The notes below the pieces were generated by a model, which searched no databases, had not been told where the DNA came from, and saw only the letters and a program-made list of their open reading frames with translations. Both the position numbers and the translations under genes were made by a program. 64,000 nt of DNA from contig CAMEEZ010000001.1 of NCBI GenBank assembly GCA_945915275.1, forward strand, positions 8,204-72,203, given 5' to 3'. The first letter of the stretch is position 1; the number at the start of each line of letters is the position of its first letter. Of the stretch, positions 1 through 7,983 are shown one piece after another. This DNA is from an uncultured Mycoplasma sp. (GTDB taxonomy: Bacteria > Bacillota_I > Bacilli_A > RF39 > UBA660).

Positions 1-174
1 TAAAGTCATTTGCACATAATTTAGATTTAGAATATAGTATTTTATTGGATAATAATATATGGATTTTATAAAAATAGGTTATTTATAAATTATCAAAGTA
101 TATAAAAGTGATGATTTAAACAAAAATGATAAATGACACATAATTTATGTTTGATTTTCAAAATTTTAGGTAAT

Positions 175-203
175 TTGATAAAATTATGAAAATATGCTAT
201 AAT
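175..203 (+). promoter_or_regulatory. sigma-A type promoter for the hisS leader
   Basis: TTGATA (175-180), 17-nt spacer, TATAAT (198-203), read directly from the sequence. Confidence 0.6.
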
Positions 204-231
204 TTGATTGTTATGAAAAGGAGAGATTGTT

Positions 232-297
232 ATGTTTAAAATAATAATTAAAAATTTACATCACCATAATAGTCTGCACTTGAACCAGCGACATTAA
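232..297 (+). CDS. candidate His-rich leader peptide (21 aa, MFKIIIKNLHHHNSLHLNQRH)
   Basis: ATG at 232 is preceded by SD AAAGGAGAG with about 6 nt spacing. 5 of 21 codons are His, including CAT-CAC-CAT at 259-267. TAA stop at 295-297. The ORF lies between the promoter and a terminator upstream of hisS. Confidence 0.5.
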   Translation: MFKIIIKNLHHHNSLHLNQRH

Positions 298-360
298 AAA
301 ATGTTTTCGGTACAAGTGCTATTTGTGGTGCTTGTATCTAAATTTATATATAATTAATTA

Positions 361-390
361 GCTATACAAGGACCATTGTATAGCTTTTTT
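361..390 (+). terminator. intrinsic terminator (attenuator) upstream of hisS
   Basis: Perfect 9-bp stem GCTATACAA (361-369) / TTGTATAGC (376-384), loop GGACCA, then T6 (385-390). The 5' arm can alternatively pair with CTTGTAT at 331-337. Confidence 0.75.
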
Positions 391-416
391 AGACAAAAAT
401 AGAAAGAAGGATTTTT

Positions 417-1694
417 ATGAAAGTGCAAAATGTTAAAGGAAGTTATGATTTCTTACCTAAGGAGCAAAAAATTAGAAATTATATAAATAATATAATTGTA
501 GATAACTTTAAAAAATATGGATTTGTAAATATTGAAACTTCAATATTATGCTATTATGATATTCTTAGTGATAAATATGATGAAAATAATGATATATTAA
601 AGGAAATATATAGATTATCAGATCAAGGTAATAGAGATTTAGGGTTAAGATACGATTTAACGGTTCCATTCGCTAAATTTATTGCTTTAAATAAAAATAA
701 TATTACTTTTCCATTTAGAAGATATGAAATTTCAAAAGTATTTAGAGATGGTCCAGTTAAAGTTGGTAGGGACAGAGAATTTACTCAATGTGATGCTGAT
801 GTGGTTGGAATTAAAGGACAATATATAGAAGCAGAGTTGATATCTTTATTTGCTAAAACTTTTAAAGATTTAGATATTGATATTATAATAAAATTCAATA
901 ATAGAAAGTTAATGACAGGATTAATTATTGAATCCGGAATATCTGAGGAATTAATTCCTAAAGTGACTACAATTATAGACAAAAAAGATAAATTAAATAT
1001 TGAAGAAATTAATCAATTAATGAAGGAAATTGGATTGTCAAAACTTGAAATAGAAAAGTTGAATCAATATTTTCAAATGAATTTAATTGAATTAAATAAA
1101 ATGTTTAAAAATACAAATAATGAAAAAATAATAATAGGATTATTAGAAGTAAATAACTTAAATGATTATTTAAATGAACTTGAAATTGAATGTTGTTCTT
1201 TTGATGTAACATTAGCAAGAGGACAAAATTATTATACTGGAAATGTATTTGAAGTTTATGATAAGAAAAAAAGAATAAAAGGAAGTATTGCAGCAGGTGG
1301 AAGATATGATGAAATGATAAAAAACTATATTGGAGATAAAGAAGAATATCCTACGGTAGGGATAAGTTTTGGATTATCTGCGATATATGAATTATTAAAA
1401 GGAAATTTTGAAATAATAAATTCTGATATAGATATTTTTATAATTCCTATGGGAACCGAAGTAGAATCACTAAAAATAGCCAACAAACTAAGAAATTGTG
1501 GCTATAATGTTAAAATAGAAATGAAGAAAAGAAAATTAAAAAAATCTTTGGATTATGCTAATAGAGAAAAAATTAAATATGTCATAGTCTTAGGTCTAGA
1601 TGAATTATCAAATAAAACACTTAAAATCAAAAAAATGGATGAAGGAACAGAAATTTTAGTGGATATTAATAAGATTAGCGAATTAAAAATATAA
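417..1694 (+). CDS. hisS: histidine--tRNA ligase
   Basis: 425 aa. Class II HisRS motifs: RYDLTVPFAKF, FRRYEISKVFRDGP, REFTQCDADVVG, AAGGRYD. SD AGAAGGA upstream. Confidence 0.95.
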   Translation: MKVQNVKGSYDFLPKEQKIRNYINNIIVDNFKKYGFVNIETSILCYYDILSDKYDENNDILKEIYRLSDQGNRDLGLRYDLTVPFAKFIALNKNNITFPFRRYEISKVFRDGPVKVGRDREFTQCDADVVGIKGQYIEAELISLFAKTFKDLDIDIIIKFNNRKLMTGLIIESGISEELIPKVTTIIDKKDKLNIEEINQLMKEIGLSKLEIEKLNQYFQMNLIELNKMFKNTNNEKIIIGLLEVNNLNDYLNELEIECCSFDVTLARGQNYYTGNVFEVYDKKKRIKGSIAAGGRYDEMIKNYIGDKEEYPTVGISFGLSAIYELLKGNFEIINSDIDIFIIPMGTEVESLKIANKLRNCGYNVKIEMKKRKLKKSLDYANREKIKYVIVLGLDELSNKTLKIKKMDEGTEILVDINKISELKI

Positions 1695-1885
1695 ATGGAA
1701 AGATTTCATTATTTATGGTGGAATATTATAGATAGAATGTTATTAAAAATCATAATTAATAAGATAAAAATTTTCTTTTTGTGTTAAAATTAAGAAAAGC
1801 AACCTATATTCTACAAAAAACAACCAAAAAGTGGTAGTTCGCAACTGGCATAAAATATACAATTGTTTTAGAAAGGAAAAGAATT

Positions 1886-3391
1886 ATGAATAACAATTTA
1901 TCAGATAATTTAAAAAAAATAAGAAAAGATAATAATCTTTCACAAGAACAATTGGCAGAAGAACTAGGAGTGTCAAGACAGGCTATCTCAAAATGGGAGT
2001 CAGGTGTTGCATATCCAGAAATGGATAAAATAATTCAATTATGCAATAAATTTGAGTTAAATATTGATGATTTATTAAACAAAGATATTAAGGAGATAAA
2101 AGGCGAGGAAATATCTAAGAATAATATTAATAAAGCAATTGATAGTTTTCTTAACTTTATAATAGATACTATTAATTTGTTTTATAACATGAGTTTTAAA
2201 AGTAAGATCAAGTGTTTATTTGAACAAGCTGTTGTTATTTTAATTTTATTAATTCTATGCTCTGTATTAGGATTAGTATTAGGTGATGTATTTGGAGGAA
2301 TATTAAGACATCTTCCAGATGATGGATATTATTTTATAAGTGATATATTTAAAGCAATTTATATTTTATTTTGTGTTATAGTATCTAGTGGGATAGTGAT
2401 TCATATATTTAAAACTAGATATTTAGATTACTATTCTAAAATAAAAAATGCTTCAACATTGGAAATAGAAGATAATTCTTTAAATGTACAAGATACTGAT
2501 TTAAAAGAAAATATTTCTGATGAAAATAAAAATGATAAAAAAAATAAAATATTATTTAAAAGAAATGAAGATAAAATAATTATAAGAGATCCTAAACATT
2601 CGGAATATAAATTTGTTCATGCAATTTTTAAATTCTTTGTTTTAGGGATTAAATTTTTTGCCTTAATTATTATGGGATTTTTATGCTTAGTATTAATTAC
2701 TTTATTAGCATGTTTTGTTTCATCTTTTATCATTAGTAAAACAGGTATATTTTTCATTGGACTATTATTGGCGTTTTTATCGGCTGGCATACTGGATATT
2801 GTTGTAATATTATTATTTTTAAATTTTATTTTTAATAGAAAAAATGATAAGAAAAAAATGATCTGGTTATTTATTATTTCCTTAATTATATTAGGAATAA
2901 GTATTGGATTATTGTTTATTGGAAGTTTAAAATTTGACTACATTACATTAGATAACAATAATGAATTTATTTCAACAAACAAAATAGAAATAGATATGAG
3001 TGATGATTTATTTATTAGTGATATACCTTATAGCTATGAGATTGAATATATTGAAAAAAATATCAGTAATGTTGAAGTTGAAATAAGAACTAATAAATTA
3101 TTTAATGTAAAGCATGAGGTTTATTCAAATGGTGAAGTATATTTTTATATTTATAGTCCTAATGCTAAAAAGATATTTGATAGTATTATTTCAAATTTAA
3201 ATAATTATAAAATAGTTGAAATAACTAATGAAATTTATGATTTTAAAGTATATGCTTCAAAAGAGAATATTGCTAAATTAAAGGAGAATTCTAGTAACTA
3301 TATAAATAATAATAAAGAAATTGAAAAGCAATTTGAAGAGTACGAAAGAACAATATCAGAATTAGAAAATAAAGAATGTGAATGTGAATAA
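1886..3391 (+). CDS. XRE-family HTH domain protein fused to a polytopic membrane region and a C-terminal non-membrane domain
   Basis: N-terminus LKKIRKDNNLSQEQLAEELGVSRQAISKWESG is a Cro/C1 HTH. Several long hydrophobic segments follow. The C-terminal ~150 aa is unrecognised. Confidence 0.7.
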   Translation: MNNNLSDNLKKIRKDNNLSQEQLAEELGVSRQAISKWESGVAYPEMDKIIQLCNKFELNIDDLLNKDIKEIKGEEISKNNINKAIDSFLNFIIDTINLFYNMSFKSKIKCLFEQAVVILILLILCSVLGLVLGDVFGGILRHLPDDGYYFISDIFKAIYILFCVIVSSGIVIHIFKTRYLDYYSKIKNASTLEIEDNSLNVQDTDLKENISDENKNDKKNKILFKRNEDKIIIRDPKHSEYKFVHAIFKFFVLGIKFFALIIMGFLCLVLITLLACFVSSFIISKTGIFFIGLLLAFLSAGILDIVVILLFLNFIFNRKNDKKKMIWLFIISLIILGISIGLLFIGSLKFDYITLDNNNEFISTNKIEIDMSDDLFISDIPYSYEIEYIEKNISNVEVEIRTNKLFNVKHEVYSNGEVYFYIYSPNAKKIFDSIISNLNNYKIVEITNEIYDFKVYASKENIAKLKENSSNYINNNKEIEKQFEEYERTISELENKECECE

Positions 3392-4178
3392 TAAGAAAAA
3401 ATTATGTTTTGAAAGTGAGATGTTTAAAGTGAATGAGTATATTAATTTAACAAAAGATAATATAGAAGAAGAACATATATGTTGTGCTATCGGTGATCCA
3501 AAACATCAAAAAGGAGTAGATAAGAAAAAAGAATGGATTAAGAACAAATTAAATGATGGCTTGGTATTTAGAAAGTTAAATGCAAGAGGTAAAATATTTA
3601 TTCAGTATGAACCAATCGAAACAGCATGGGTACCTATAAATGGTAAAAACTATGAGTATATTTATTGTTTATGGGTAGCAGGCTCATTTAAAGGAAAAGG
3701 AATAGGTAAAGAATTGTTAGAATATGCTATAGAAGATTCTAAAGCAAAAGGTAAAAGTGGTATATGTACTTTAGTATCTAAAAAGAAAAAACCATTTTTG
3801 GGAGAAAAAAACTTTTTTAAACATTATGGATTTGAAGTGGTTGATAGTATTGAAGAATATGAATTATTGGCATTAAAATTTAATGCTGATAATACGCCAA
3901 AATTTAATGATAATGCTAGAACTATGAAAATAAAAAATGAAGAGTTTACTATTTATTATAGTAATGAATGTCCATATGTAGAGCATGAAGTAGAAGAATT
4001 AACAGAATACGCAAAAGATAATAATATTAAAATCAATTTTATAAAAGTAGATTCATTGGAAAAAGCTAAAAATGTACCATGTATATTTAATAATTGGGCA
4101 AACTTTTATAAAGGTGAATTTATTTCAAATACTATTTTAAATGCTAATTCCTTTGAGAAATTAATAAATAGTAAGTAA
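3378..4178 (+). CDS. GNAT family N-acetyltransferase with a YoaP-like C-terminal region
   Basis: Acetyl-CoA loop FKGKGIGKELLEYA and overall YoaP-like layout. The start is uncertain (ATG 3378 or ATG 3420). Confidence 0.6.
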   Translation: MNVNNKKKLCFESEMFKVNEYINLTKDNIEEEHICCAIGDPKHQKGVDKKKEWIKNKLNDGLVFRKLNARGKIFIQYEPIETAWVPINGKNYEYIYCLWVAGSFKGKGIGKELLEYAIEDSKAKGKSGICTLVSKKKKPFLGEKNFFKHYGFEVVDSIEEYELLALKFNADNTPKFNDNARTMKIKNEEFTIYYSNECPYVEHEVEELTEYAKDNNIKINFIKVDSLEKAKNVPCIFNNWANFYKGEFISNTILNANSFEKLINSK

Positions 4179-4236
4179 TATTTTAAAAATGTTAAATTAT
4201 TAGATAATTTTAAAATCATTATAGAACTATTAACTA

Positions 4237-4272
4237 AAAAAGAAGAAATCATGAATAATTTCTTCTTTTTTC
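4237..4272 (+). terminator. intrinsic terminator
   Basis: Stem AGAAGAAAT (4241-4249) / ATTTCTTCT (4258-4266), followed by a T-run. Confidence 0.75.
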
Positions 4273-4358
4273 TGTCTTTATATTATCATAAATTTGATTT
4301 TTTTCAAGACTAGTAATTATATCATAAAAAGTGTATTAAGTATTTGGAGGGATTAATT

Positions 4359-5231
4359 ATGAATAATAAAATGACTGCGCTAGTTAGTTGCTTTGCTAGA
4401 TACTATCACACTAAAAATAGTAACATAAAGATTTATAATGATATATATGCCGGAAAAATCTTGAATCAATTTGAGATAGATAACATTTCTAAAAACATGG
4501 AAAATGGAATTAATTTTTTTAATCCGGAATATAAAGGGGATAATCCGTTACTTTGGATTATAAATAATAATTTAGCACCATCAGTATTAGCTAGATCAAG
4601 ATTTAATGAAAATTATTTATTTAATGAAATTAATCTTGGATTGAAGCAATATGTAATTTTAGGAAGTGGTTATGATACTTCAGTTTTTAAAGTAAATGAT
4701 AAACTAAATATATTTGAATTAGATAAGACTGAAATGATTGTAGATAAAATTAATAGAGCAAAGATGTCACGTTTAAATACAAATAATATTACATATATTA
4801 AAACTGATTTTAACAATGACTGGATAAATCATTTATTACAAACAAATTTTAATGATACTAAAAAGACTCTATGTTCTCTTTTGGGAATCAGTTATTATTT
4901 AGATAAACAAGTGTTTGAAAATACAATTAAAGTGTTATCAAATACTATTCCTAAAGGAAGCATTATTATCTTTGATTATCCAAATGATAAAGCATCAGAA
5001 AAGGAATTATTAAATCAAAAATTAGCTGCTGGAGCAAACGAACCAATGAAATCAACCTATTCTTATAAAGAAATTGAGATTATGGCTGAAAGGTATAATA
5101 TGATTATTTGTGAACATTTAAATTATGAAGATGTTAATAAATTGTATTTTTATGATTATAATACTCTAAATCCAAATAATAAAATAATAGCTCCTATAGG
5201 AGTAAGTTATTGTGCTATAATTAAACAGTAA
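4359..5231 (+). CDS. class I SAM-dependent methyltransferase, leucine carboxyl methyltransferase (LCM/TIGR00027-like) family
   Basis: The motif VILGSGYDTS matches the LCM-family GxGxDT(R) SAM motif. The start was moved to ATG 4359, after SD TGGAGGGA; the track ORF begins at a TTG at 4344. Confidence 0.6.
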   Translation: MNNKMTALVSCFARYYHTKNSNIKIYNDIYAGKILNQFEIDNISKNMENGINFFNPEYKGDNPLLWIINNNLAPSVLARSRFNENYLFNEINLGLKQYVILGSGYDTSVFKVNDKLNIFELDKTEMIVDKINRAKMSRLNTNNITYIKTDFNNDWINHLLQTNFNDTKKTLCSLLGISYYLDKQVFENTIKVLSNTIPKGSIIIFDYPNDKASEKELLNQKLAAGANEPMKSTYSYKEIEIMAERYNMIICEHLNYEDVNKLYFYDYNTLNPNNKIIAPIGVSYCAIIKQ

Positions 5232-5267
5232 ATATGTTTTTATTAATATGATTAAGGGAGGTATAAA

Positions 5268-5690
5268 ATGTTTTTAATAAAGGAAAACGTTAATAATGTT
5301 GATGAATTTAATTTTTTGTATGATGCAGTTGGATGGGGAAGCTATGAAAAAAAGATATCGGAAAAAGCGCTAGCAAATAGTATGTATTCTGTATCAATAT
5401 ATGATGAAAATAAAATTATAGGGTTTGGAAGGTTGATTGGTGATGAAATTTGTTTTGTGTATATCCATGATGTAATGGTATTACCAGAATATCAAAACAA
5501 AAAAGTGGGTACCCAAATAATGAATAAATTGCTATCTAAAATTTCTGAAATAAAATCAGAAAATCCATCTGTAAGAGTTTATTTAGGGGCATCAAAAGGT
5601 AAAGAAAAATTTTATGAAAAGTTTGGATTTATTACAAGACAGAGAGCTAATCTTGGAAGTGGTATGATTTTAGATGAATATGAAGAGTAA
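5268..5690 (+). CDS. GNAT family N-acetyltransferase
   Basis: 140 aa. Motif A-like YQNKKVGTQIMNKL. Typical GNAT size. SD AAGGGAGG. Confidence 0.75.
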   Translation: MFLIKENVNNVDEFNFLYDAVGWGSYEKKISEKALANSMYSVSIYDENKIIGFGRLIGDEICFVYIHDVMVLPEYQNKKVGTQIMNKLLSKISEIKSENPSVRVYLGASKGKEKFYEKFGFITRQRANLGSGMILDEYEE

Positions 5691-5755
5691 ATATCTTTTG
5701 AGTGATACCTAACGTTAAATTGTATAATTTATTATTTGCAACACCTGATATTTTT

Positions 5756-5784
5756 TTGACACATAAATAAATTCATGATATATT
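5756..5784 (+). promoter_or_regulatory. sigma-A type promoter of the methyltransferase leader
   Basis: TTGACA (5756-5761), 17 nt, TATATT (5779-5784). Confidence 0.6.
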
Positions 5785-5851
5785 CTTGCTTGTAGTAAAT
5801 CAATTGGTCATTCGCGTTTTACTACCGGATAAACTTTAGTTTAAAGGAATA

Positions 5852-5902
5852 ATGAAGAGCCTTAAGAATCTCCTCATGAATGACAAAAAATATACACATT
5901 AA
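5852..5902 (+). CDS. candidate leader sORF (16 aa, MKSLKNLLMNDKKYTH)
   Basis: ATG 5852 follows AAAGGA at short spacing. The ORF runs through the 5' arm of the long terminator hairpin (5866-5944). There is no other support. Confidence 0.25.
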   Translation: MKSLKNLLMNDKKYTH

Positions 5903-5949
5903 TTTTGTGGTTGTTTTTTGTTGTATATTCATGAAAGGAGGTTCTTTTT
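5866..5949 (+). terminator. long leader hairpin plus T5 (attenuator-type terminator)
   Basis: GAATCTCCTCATGAAT (5866-5881) pairs with ATTCATG-A(AA)-GGAGGTTC (5927-5944). Inner pairing is ACAAAAAA/TTTTTTGT. T5 at 5945-5949, about 40 nt before the CDS start. Confidence 0.6.
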
Positions 5950-5986
5950 ATATACAATCACATTTTTGAAAGAGAGGCTGATATAA

Positions 5987-6751
5987 ATGAAAACAAATGA
6001 ACATGATTATTATAGTGATTTAGGTAATTGGTCATTCGATGATATCAATCGCACAAGTGAAATATTTACGAATTGGATTTATGAGGAAGAAATAAAAAAA
6101 CGAATAAATAAGGGTTCAAAAATATTAGATTTAGGTACTGCCGCAGGTGAAAAAGTTTTAAAATATTTTCCTGAATGTGCTGAAATATTGGGGACAGATT
6201 TTTCTAGTGAAATGATTAAATCTGCTAACCAAAATTTAACAAATAGTGGAAAAAAGAATATTTCTTTTAGAGTGATGAATAATTTAAAAATGGATACACC
6301 TGATAATTATTTTGATTTAGTTACAGCTCGTCATACAATAATTGATCCTGTCCAAATATATAAAACTTTAAAAGTTGATGGTCAATTAATAATAAGGGGT
6401 GTTGATAAATTAGATTGTTGGTCATTAAAAAGAATGTTTGAAAGAGGACAGGCGTATCTTGATACGAAACCTATAAGTTTAATAGATTATGAAGCAATAA
6501 TGGATGCGGGGTTTAAAGATGTAGAACTTATACCGATACATATCATTGAATATTATAAAACAAAAGAAGATTTGTATGCTTTACTTGTAAGAACTCCAAT
6601 ACTAGATGATTTTTCTGAAGAAACATATCGAGAATATGAAAGAAAAACAATAGAAACGGATATTTTTGAAAAGTATGTAAATGAAAACACGAGTGATAAA
6701 GGAATAAAATTAATAAGAAGATATTATGGAATTGTTGCTAAAAAGAAATAG
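5987..6751 (+). CDS. class I SAM-dependent methyltransferase (Methyltransf_11/25-like), substrate unknown
   Basis: Motif I ILDLGTAAGE and post-I GTDFS. 254 aa. Confidence 0.7.
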   Translation: MKTNEHDYYSDLGNWSFDDINRTSEIFTNWIYEEEIKKRINKGSKILDLGTAAGEKVLKYFPECAEILGTDFSSEMIKSANQNLTNSGKKNISFRVMNNLKMDTPDNYFDLVTARHTIIDPVQIYKTLKVDGQLIIRGVDKLDCWSLKRMFERGQAYLDTKPISLIDYEAIMDAGFKDVELIPIHIIEYYKTKEDLYALLVRTPILDDFSEETYREYERKTIETDIFEKYVNENTSDKGIKLIRRYYGIVAKKK

Positions 6752-6840
6752 CTATAAATAAATGAGTTGATAAGTATATTTACATACGTTATAATTACAA
6801 AAAATAGTTAAGTATTAACTATGAAAGAGTTGAGGTTTAT

Positions 6841-7779
6841 ATGAAGAAAAGACAAGAAGTTTATGATTTATATTGGTATTTTGCTTGTGAAAGACAAAAT
6901 ATATTTTGGAAGAAATTAAAGGGAGAACCATCTCCTTGGACAAAAGACGAAATATTACAAACATATAAATTTTGTAATAGTTATAGAGTGAATGATAGAG
7001 TTAGCCAATATTTGCTAAAAAATGTAATATATAATGGAAAACAATACAACGATGAAGATATGATTTTTAGAATAATTTTATTTAAACTATTTAATAAAGA
7101 ATCGACTTGGGAATTATTATTAGATAATTTTGACGATATTACTTTAAAAACATTTAATGTAAAAAGATATTCAGAAGTTTTAGAAAATGCTATTTCAAAT
7201 GGAGTTAAAATTTATAATGATGCCTATATTAGTTGTGCTAATAAAGCCTTTGGTTATGATAGAAAACATGATAATCACTTGGCATTATTAGATAAAATAT
7301 TTAATGTTGATAAGGCATATATAAAAATATTAAATGCTAGGACAATGGAAGAAGGATTTAATATAATTAAAAGTTATCCGTTAATTGGGAACTTTATGGC
7401 TTATCAATTAGTAACAGATATTAATTATAGTGATGCTGTGAATTGGAGAGAAGATGAATTTACAATTGCTGGTCCTGGTTCTCTAAGAGGTATTAAAAAA
7501 TGTTTTACTTCTAGAGGAAAAATGAGTAATGAAGATATTATAAGATATATGTATGATCATCAAGATGAGGAGTTTGAAAGATTAGGGTTAAAATTTAAAA
7601 GAATAGGAAATAGACCATTACAATTAATAGATTGTCAAAATATATTTTGTGAATTAGATAAATATTGTAGACAAGCTTTGCCTGATTTGAAATCTAATAG
7701 AACAAAAATAAAGAAGAAATATAAACCGAAAACAGAAAAAATAAAATATATATATCCGTTAAAATGGAAAATTAATTAA
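6841..7779 (+). CDS. possible 5-hmdU DNA kinase helical-domain / aGPT-pyrophosphorylase-like protein (often annotated as nucleotide kinase domain protein)
   Basis: The N-terminal pattern ERQNIFWKKLKGEPSPWTKDEILQTYKFCNSYRVNDRVSQYL resembles, from my memory, the conserved PWT..D.IL..Y.F.N.YR..DR.SQY block of that family. The ORF itself is solid (SD GAGGT, 312 aa). Confidence 0.4.
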   Translation: MKKRQEVYDLYWYFACERQNIFWKKLKGEPSPWTKDEILQTYKFCNSYRVNDRVSQYLLKNVIYNGKQYNDEDMIFRIILFKLFNKESTWELLLDNFDDITLKTFNVKRYSEVLENAISNGVKIYNDAYISCANKAFGYDRKHDNHLALLDKIFNVDKAYIKILNARTMEEGFNIIKSYPLIGNFMAYQLVTDINYSDAVNWREDEFTIAGPGSLRGIKKCFTSRGKMSNEDIIRYMYDHQDEEFERLGLKFKRIGNRPLQLIDCQNIFCELDKYCRQALPDLKSNRTKIKKKYKPKTEKIKYIYPLKWKIN

Positions 7780-7841
7780 TGATTTCTATTATAGATAAAC
7801 TATTAAAAACTTATAATGGTTGTTGCGTAATTTGTAATTTT

Positions 7842-7868
7842 TTAGCAATCGGTGTTGACAAGTGCTAA
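7842..7868 (+). promoter_or_regulatory. CIRCE-like inverted repeat (HrcA operator)
   Basis: TTAGCAATC-N9-AAGTGCTAA compared with consensus TTAGCACTC-N9-GAGTGCTAA: two mismatches in the left arm (ATC vs CTC region) and one in the right. It overlaps the -35 of the hsp20 promoter. Confidence 0.6.
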
Positions 7869-7883
7869 CAAAAGTGTTATATT
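7855..7883 (+). promoter_or_regulatory. sigma-A type promoter of hsp20
   Basis: TTGACA (7855-7860), 17 nt, TATATT (7878-7883). Confidence 0.6.
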
Positions 7884-7983
7884 TAAAATGTAGTAAGAAA
7901 ATAGCTTACTATGGTGTAATATTATATAATGTGCTCCACCTGAAATGGCGTCAACACATTGTGAGGAAAGGATGTAGATATAT

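Noticed and set aside
205-395. Possibility that the hisS leader is a T-box riboswitch
   Set aside because: There is no AAnnnGGGUGGUACCGCG-like T-box sequence; the best local string, TGTGGTGCTTGT, matches only about half. There is no GCUGAGAG or distal stem I element. The candidate CAC codons are not followed by the conserved purine. The leader is also short. This contrasts with the clear T-box at 61920-62127.
5790-5865. Purine-riboswitch-like string (GTTTTACTACCGG) in the methyltransferase leader
   Set aside because: Only the J2/3-like UCUACC resemblance is present. The P2/P3 loops (AUGG, CCGUAAAU) and the J1/2 UAUAAU are absent, and the segment pairs better with GTAGTAAA upstream. No known riboswitch consensus that I can recall fits.
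7884-7983. RNA-thermometer idea for the hsp20 5' UTR
   Set aside because: The hairpins present (TAGTAAG/CTTACTA and AATGTG/CACATT) do not occlude the SD (GAGGAAAGGA) in any pairing I could find.
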